Origin: an uncultured Gemmatimonadales bacterium
GTDB taxonomy: Bacteria; Gemmatimonadota; Gemmatimonadetes; Gemmatimonadales; GWC2-71-9
Direction of reading: 5' to 3'
Length of the DNA: 19,277 nucleotides
Assembly: GCA_963825055.1 (NCBI GenBank)
Contig: CAWGSK010000001.1
Span: 1-19,277, forward strand
Made by a program: the position numbers and the translations under genes. Below, piece by piece: positions 17,075 through 19,277 of the stretch (the first letter of the stretch is position 1; every line of letters starts with the position of its first letter). The notes under the pieces are model-generated. The model saw only the letters and a program-made list of their open reading frames with translations. It had not been told where the DNA came from and did not search any database.

Positions 17075-18007
17075 ATGACCGCCCTGAACTCCGAGCCCGC
17101 CCGGCCAGCGGCCGCTCCACTGGCGCCCGCCGGCGCCGGGGTGCGCGACTACGTCCGGCTGCTGCGCCCGCGGCAATGGGTGAAGAACGGGTTCGTCCTG
17201 GCCCCGCTCCTGTTCAGCGGGCTGGGCACGAGCACGGGCGCCATCGTCAACGCGGCTGTCGGCTTCGTGATGTTCTGCATGGTGGCGAGCGCGGTCTACA
17301 CCTGGAACGACGTGTACGACCGGACGGCGGACCGGGCACATCCCACCAAGCGGAACCGCCCCGTGGCGTCGGGCCGCGTCACGGAACGGGCGGCGGTAAC
17401 GCTCGGGGCGGCGTTGTGCGCGCTGGCGCTGGCGCTCGGCTGGCTGGTCCATCCGCCGCTGGTCGCGATCGCGGTGACCTACCTCGGCCTGAACCTGCTG
17501 TACACCTTCCGGCTCAAGCAGATGGTGATCCTGGACGTGTTCTCGATTGCGGCGTTCTTCATATTGCGACTGCTGGCGGGGGCCGTGGCGGTCGACGTCC
17601 AGGCCAGTATCTGGCTGCTCACCTGTGGCGGGCTGCTCGCGCTCTATCTGGGCTTCGCCAAGCGGCGGCACGAGCTGGTGCTGCTGGGCGAAGGGTCGGC
17701 AGCGCACCGGACGGTCCTGACCGAGTACAGCCCGCACTTCCTCGACCAGATGTCGTCGGTCCTGCTCTCTGTGACCGTCGTCTCCTACATCCTGTACACC
17801 GTCTCGCCCGAGAAGGTGGCAGCGTACGGTTACCTGCTGGCCTACAGTTCCGTCTTCGTCCTGTACGGCGTCTTCCGCTACCTGTACCTCGTCCACCAGC
17901 GGGCGCAGGGAAGCCCCACCGAGGCGCTCCTGACCGACCGCGCACTCATCGTGGATGTCGGTCTCTGGATCCTATACTGCTTCTGGGTGCTGTACCGCCC
18001 CTTCTGA
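17075..18007 (+). CDS. UbiA-family polyprenyl (decaprenyl)-phosphate phosphoribosyltransferase-like protein
   Basis: LLRPRQWVKN, NDVYDRTADRAHPTKRNRPVASG, YTFRLKQ, FAKRRHEL and GSPTEALLTD; multi-TM, 310 aa. This matches the Rv3806c-type subfamily rather than quinone UbiA. Confidence 0.87.
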   Translation: MTALNSEPARPAAAPLAPAGAGVRDYVRLLRPRQWVKNGFVLAPLLFSGLGTSTGAIVNAAVGFVMFCMVASAVYTWNDVYDRTADRAHPTKRNRPVASGRVTERAAVTLGAALCALALALGWLVHPPLVAIAVTYLGLNLLYTFRLKQMVILDVFSIAAFFILRLLAGAVAVDVQASIWLLTCGGLLALYLGFAKRRHELVLLGEGSAAHRTVLTEYSPHFLDQMSSVLLSVTVVSYILYTVSPEKVAAYGYLLAYSSVFVLYGVFRYLYLVHQRAQGSPTEALLTDRALIVDVGLWILYCFWVLYRPF

Positions 18008-18943
18008 GTCCGCGGTGCCCGCCCGCTCCAGCTCCCGGATTTCAGGCGCCACCACCAGGGAACCGGGCAACCGGTTCGTCACGTAGCCCAGCCACTCGCC
18101 CCAGGCCCAGGCCGCCGTCATCGCCATCAGGGCGGGAAGGGCCCGCAGGAACTGCAGCCGTGCACCCCGGCGGCGCATGGCGCGACGGCCCATCCGCCAG
18201 AGGATGACCGGCGGAAGGGCGGGGGAAAGCATGGCGTACATCGCGCGTTGCCCCGGGGAGGCGAACTTGTTCCGGGTGACCCCGAAGAGCCGGCCGAACG
18301 CGTAGCGCTCGTATACCGCGTCGCTGAAGGTGACCGTGCGTCGGGTGCGAACCTCGGCGGCCGGGGCCAGCCAGAGGGGGCCGAAGCGCTCAGCGAGCGC
18401 CGCGTTGATGGCCGTTTCGTGGAAGAATTCCTGCCAGAGCGGCGCGATGGCCTCGAGATAGTCGCGACGGTAGGAGACATTGCAGACCGTGAGCGACGCG
18501 GACGGCCCCTCGGGGAAGGGCCGCATGTAGCGGTAGTAGTCCACCAGGTAGAACGCCCAGGTGAGCGCATTGCCCGCATGTTCCGTCTCCACCGCCCCGC
18601 CCACGGCGCCGCGCCCGGGGCCCTGGGCCTCGAGCAGGCGCCGGACCCAGTCCGGCCGGGGAACGCAGTGGTCCTCGGTCACGATGATCAGGTCTCCCGA
18701 GGCTTCCCGGAGGGCGAGGGAAGCCAGCTCCATCGGTGTCCGCTGTCCCTCGTTGCAGACCATGCGCACCTCGGGATGCGCCTCCCGGAGGGCTTCCATC
18801 CCCTTTAGGTTGGGGTCGTAGACGACGACCACCTCGAACGGCGGGGCCCCTTCCTGGGCGAGCACGGCCTCGAGACAGCGCCGGATGTGCTCGGCGCCGG
18901 CAATGGCGGAAATGGCGACGGTGATGGACCGGAATTCGGGCAC
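17972..18943 (-). CDS. GT2-family glycosyltransferase with EDH motif (paralog of 8548..9444)
   Basis: ITVAIS, FEVVVV, IIVTEDHCVP, AVGGAVE and LTVCNVSYRR; 323 aa, GTG start. Confidence 0.8.
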   Translation of the reverse strand: MPEFRSITVAISAIAGAEHIRRCLEAVLAQEGAPPFEVVVVYDPNLKGMEALREAHPEVRMVCNEGQRTPMELASLALREASGDLIIVTEDHCVPRPDWVRRLLEAQGPGRGAVGGAVETEHAGNALTWAFYLVDYYRYMRPFPEGPSASLTVCNVSYRRDYLEAIAPLWQEFFHETAINAALAERFGPLWLAPAAEVRTRRTVTFSDAVYERYAFGRLFGVTRNKFASPGQRAMYAMLSPALPPVILWRMGRRAMRRRGARLQFLRALPALMAMTAAWAWGEWLGYVTNRLPGSLVVAPEIRELERAGTADSEGAVQHPEAV

Positions 18944-19084
18944 GGCTGCTCCGGGAAAACTGGGCGGTCGGGGTGGACAGGACGGTCAGGAGCCAATCCC
19001 CTATCAAGATCCGTGCGCGGGGGGCCCTCCCCGGAGTCGGAACCGATTGGCATGTCTGGAGATCGCACCGCCGGGGGGTGTGGT

Positions 19085-19101
19085 CTGGTATAAGTATTGC
19101 T
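19085..19101 (+). promoter_or_regulatory. Sigma-54 (-24/-12) promoter
   Basis: CTGGTATAAGTATTGCT (GG-N10-GC, ending TTGCT) is an AT-rich island in a GC-rich gap, 80 nt upstream of the small ORF. Confidence 0.62.
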
Positions 19102-19181
19102 CACAGGAGGGCAACTCCCAAGGGGTGCTCCAGCCGCGCCCGGAATGCCCAGATCGGTCTCATCACGCGAGGTTCATGGCG

Positions 19182-19277
19182 ATGCTCCACCTCCTCTACG
19201 TCGGTCCCGACACGATCCTTCCGCTGACCTCGATTCTCGGGGCTATCGGTGGCGCCCTGATGATCTTCTGGCGGCAG
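19182..19277 (+). CDS. Small hydrophobic protein, 5' part only (runs off the window); alternative start at 19176
   Basis: GAGG at 19169-19172, then MLHLLYVGPDTILPLTSILGAIGGALMIFWRQ with GC-rich third positions and a single TM segment. Not in the ORF track. Confidence 0.6.
   Translation, partial: MLHLLYVGPDTILPLTSILGAIGGALMIFWRQ

Noticed and set aside
17075..18007. Quinone or heme biosynthesis UbiA/MenA/CyoE
   Set aside because: The RPxQWxKN, HPxKxxRP and KRRxEL motifs and the gene context fit the phosphoribosyltransferase subfamily.
1..19277. CRISPR arrays, tRNA/rRNA, IS elements, long tandem repeats, intrinsic terminators
   Set aside because: None was recognisable by eye. The window is nearly all coding and the short gaps lack hairpin plus poly-T structures.

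Overview
This is a very GC-rich bacterial segment (Gemmatimonadota/Acidobacteria-like gene content, by inference only) filled by a cell-surface glycan synthesis and modification cluster. The leftward operon (5957->18) encodes a CE4 deacetylase-GT2 fusion, a PRK07233-like FAD oxidoreductase, a CE4 deacetylase and an AsnB-type amidotransferase. Rightward lie a frameshifted GT-C (ArnT/PMT-like) membrane glycosyltransferase and a long operon: mini GT-A protein, GT2, PRK07208-like FAD oxidoreductase, two GT4s (one frameshifted), an SDR epimerase/dehydratase, a CE4 deacetylase, a GT2, two paralogous small membrane proteins and a UbiA-family polyprenyl-phosphate phosphoribosyltransferase. A convergent GT2 and the start of an unannotated small hydrophobic ORF end the window. 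Four correctly spaced sigma-54 (-24/-12) motifs each precede a transcription unit, and the divergent gap holds a TGT-N10-ACA palindrome and a CRP-like box. All frameshifts are +1 insertions in short homopolymers, which suggests sequencing error. The main hypothesis is a sigma-54-controlled, lipid-linked (possibly pentose) glycosylation system that lacks DprE1/E2 and GtrA within this window. No RNA genes, CRISPR arrays or mobile elements were seen.
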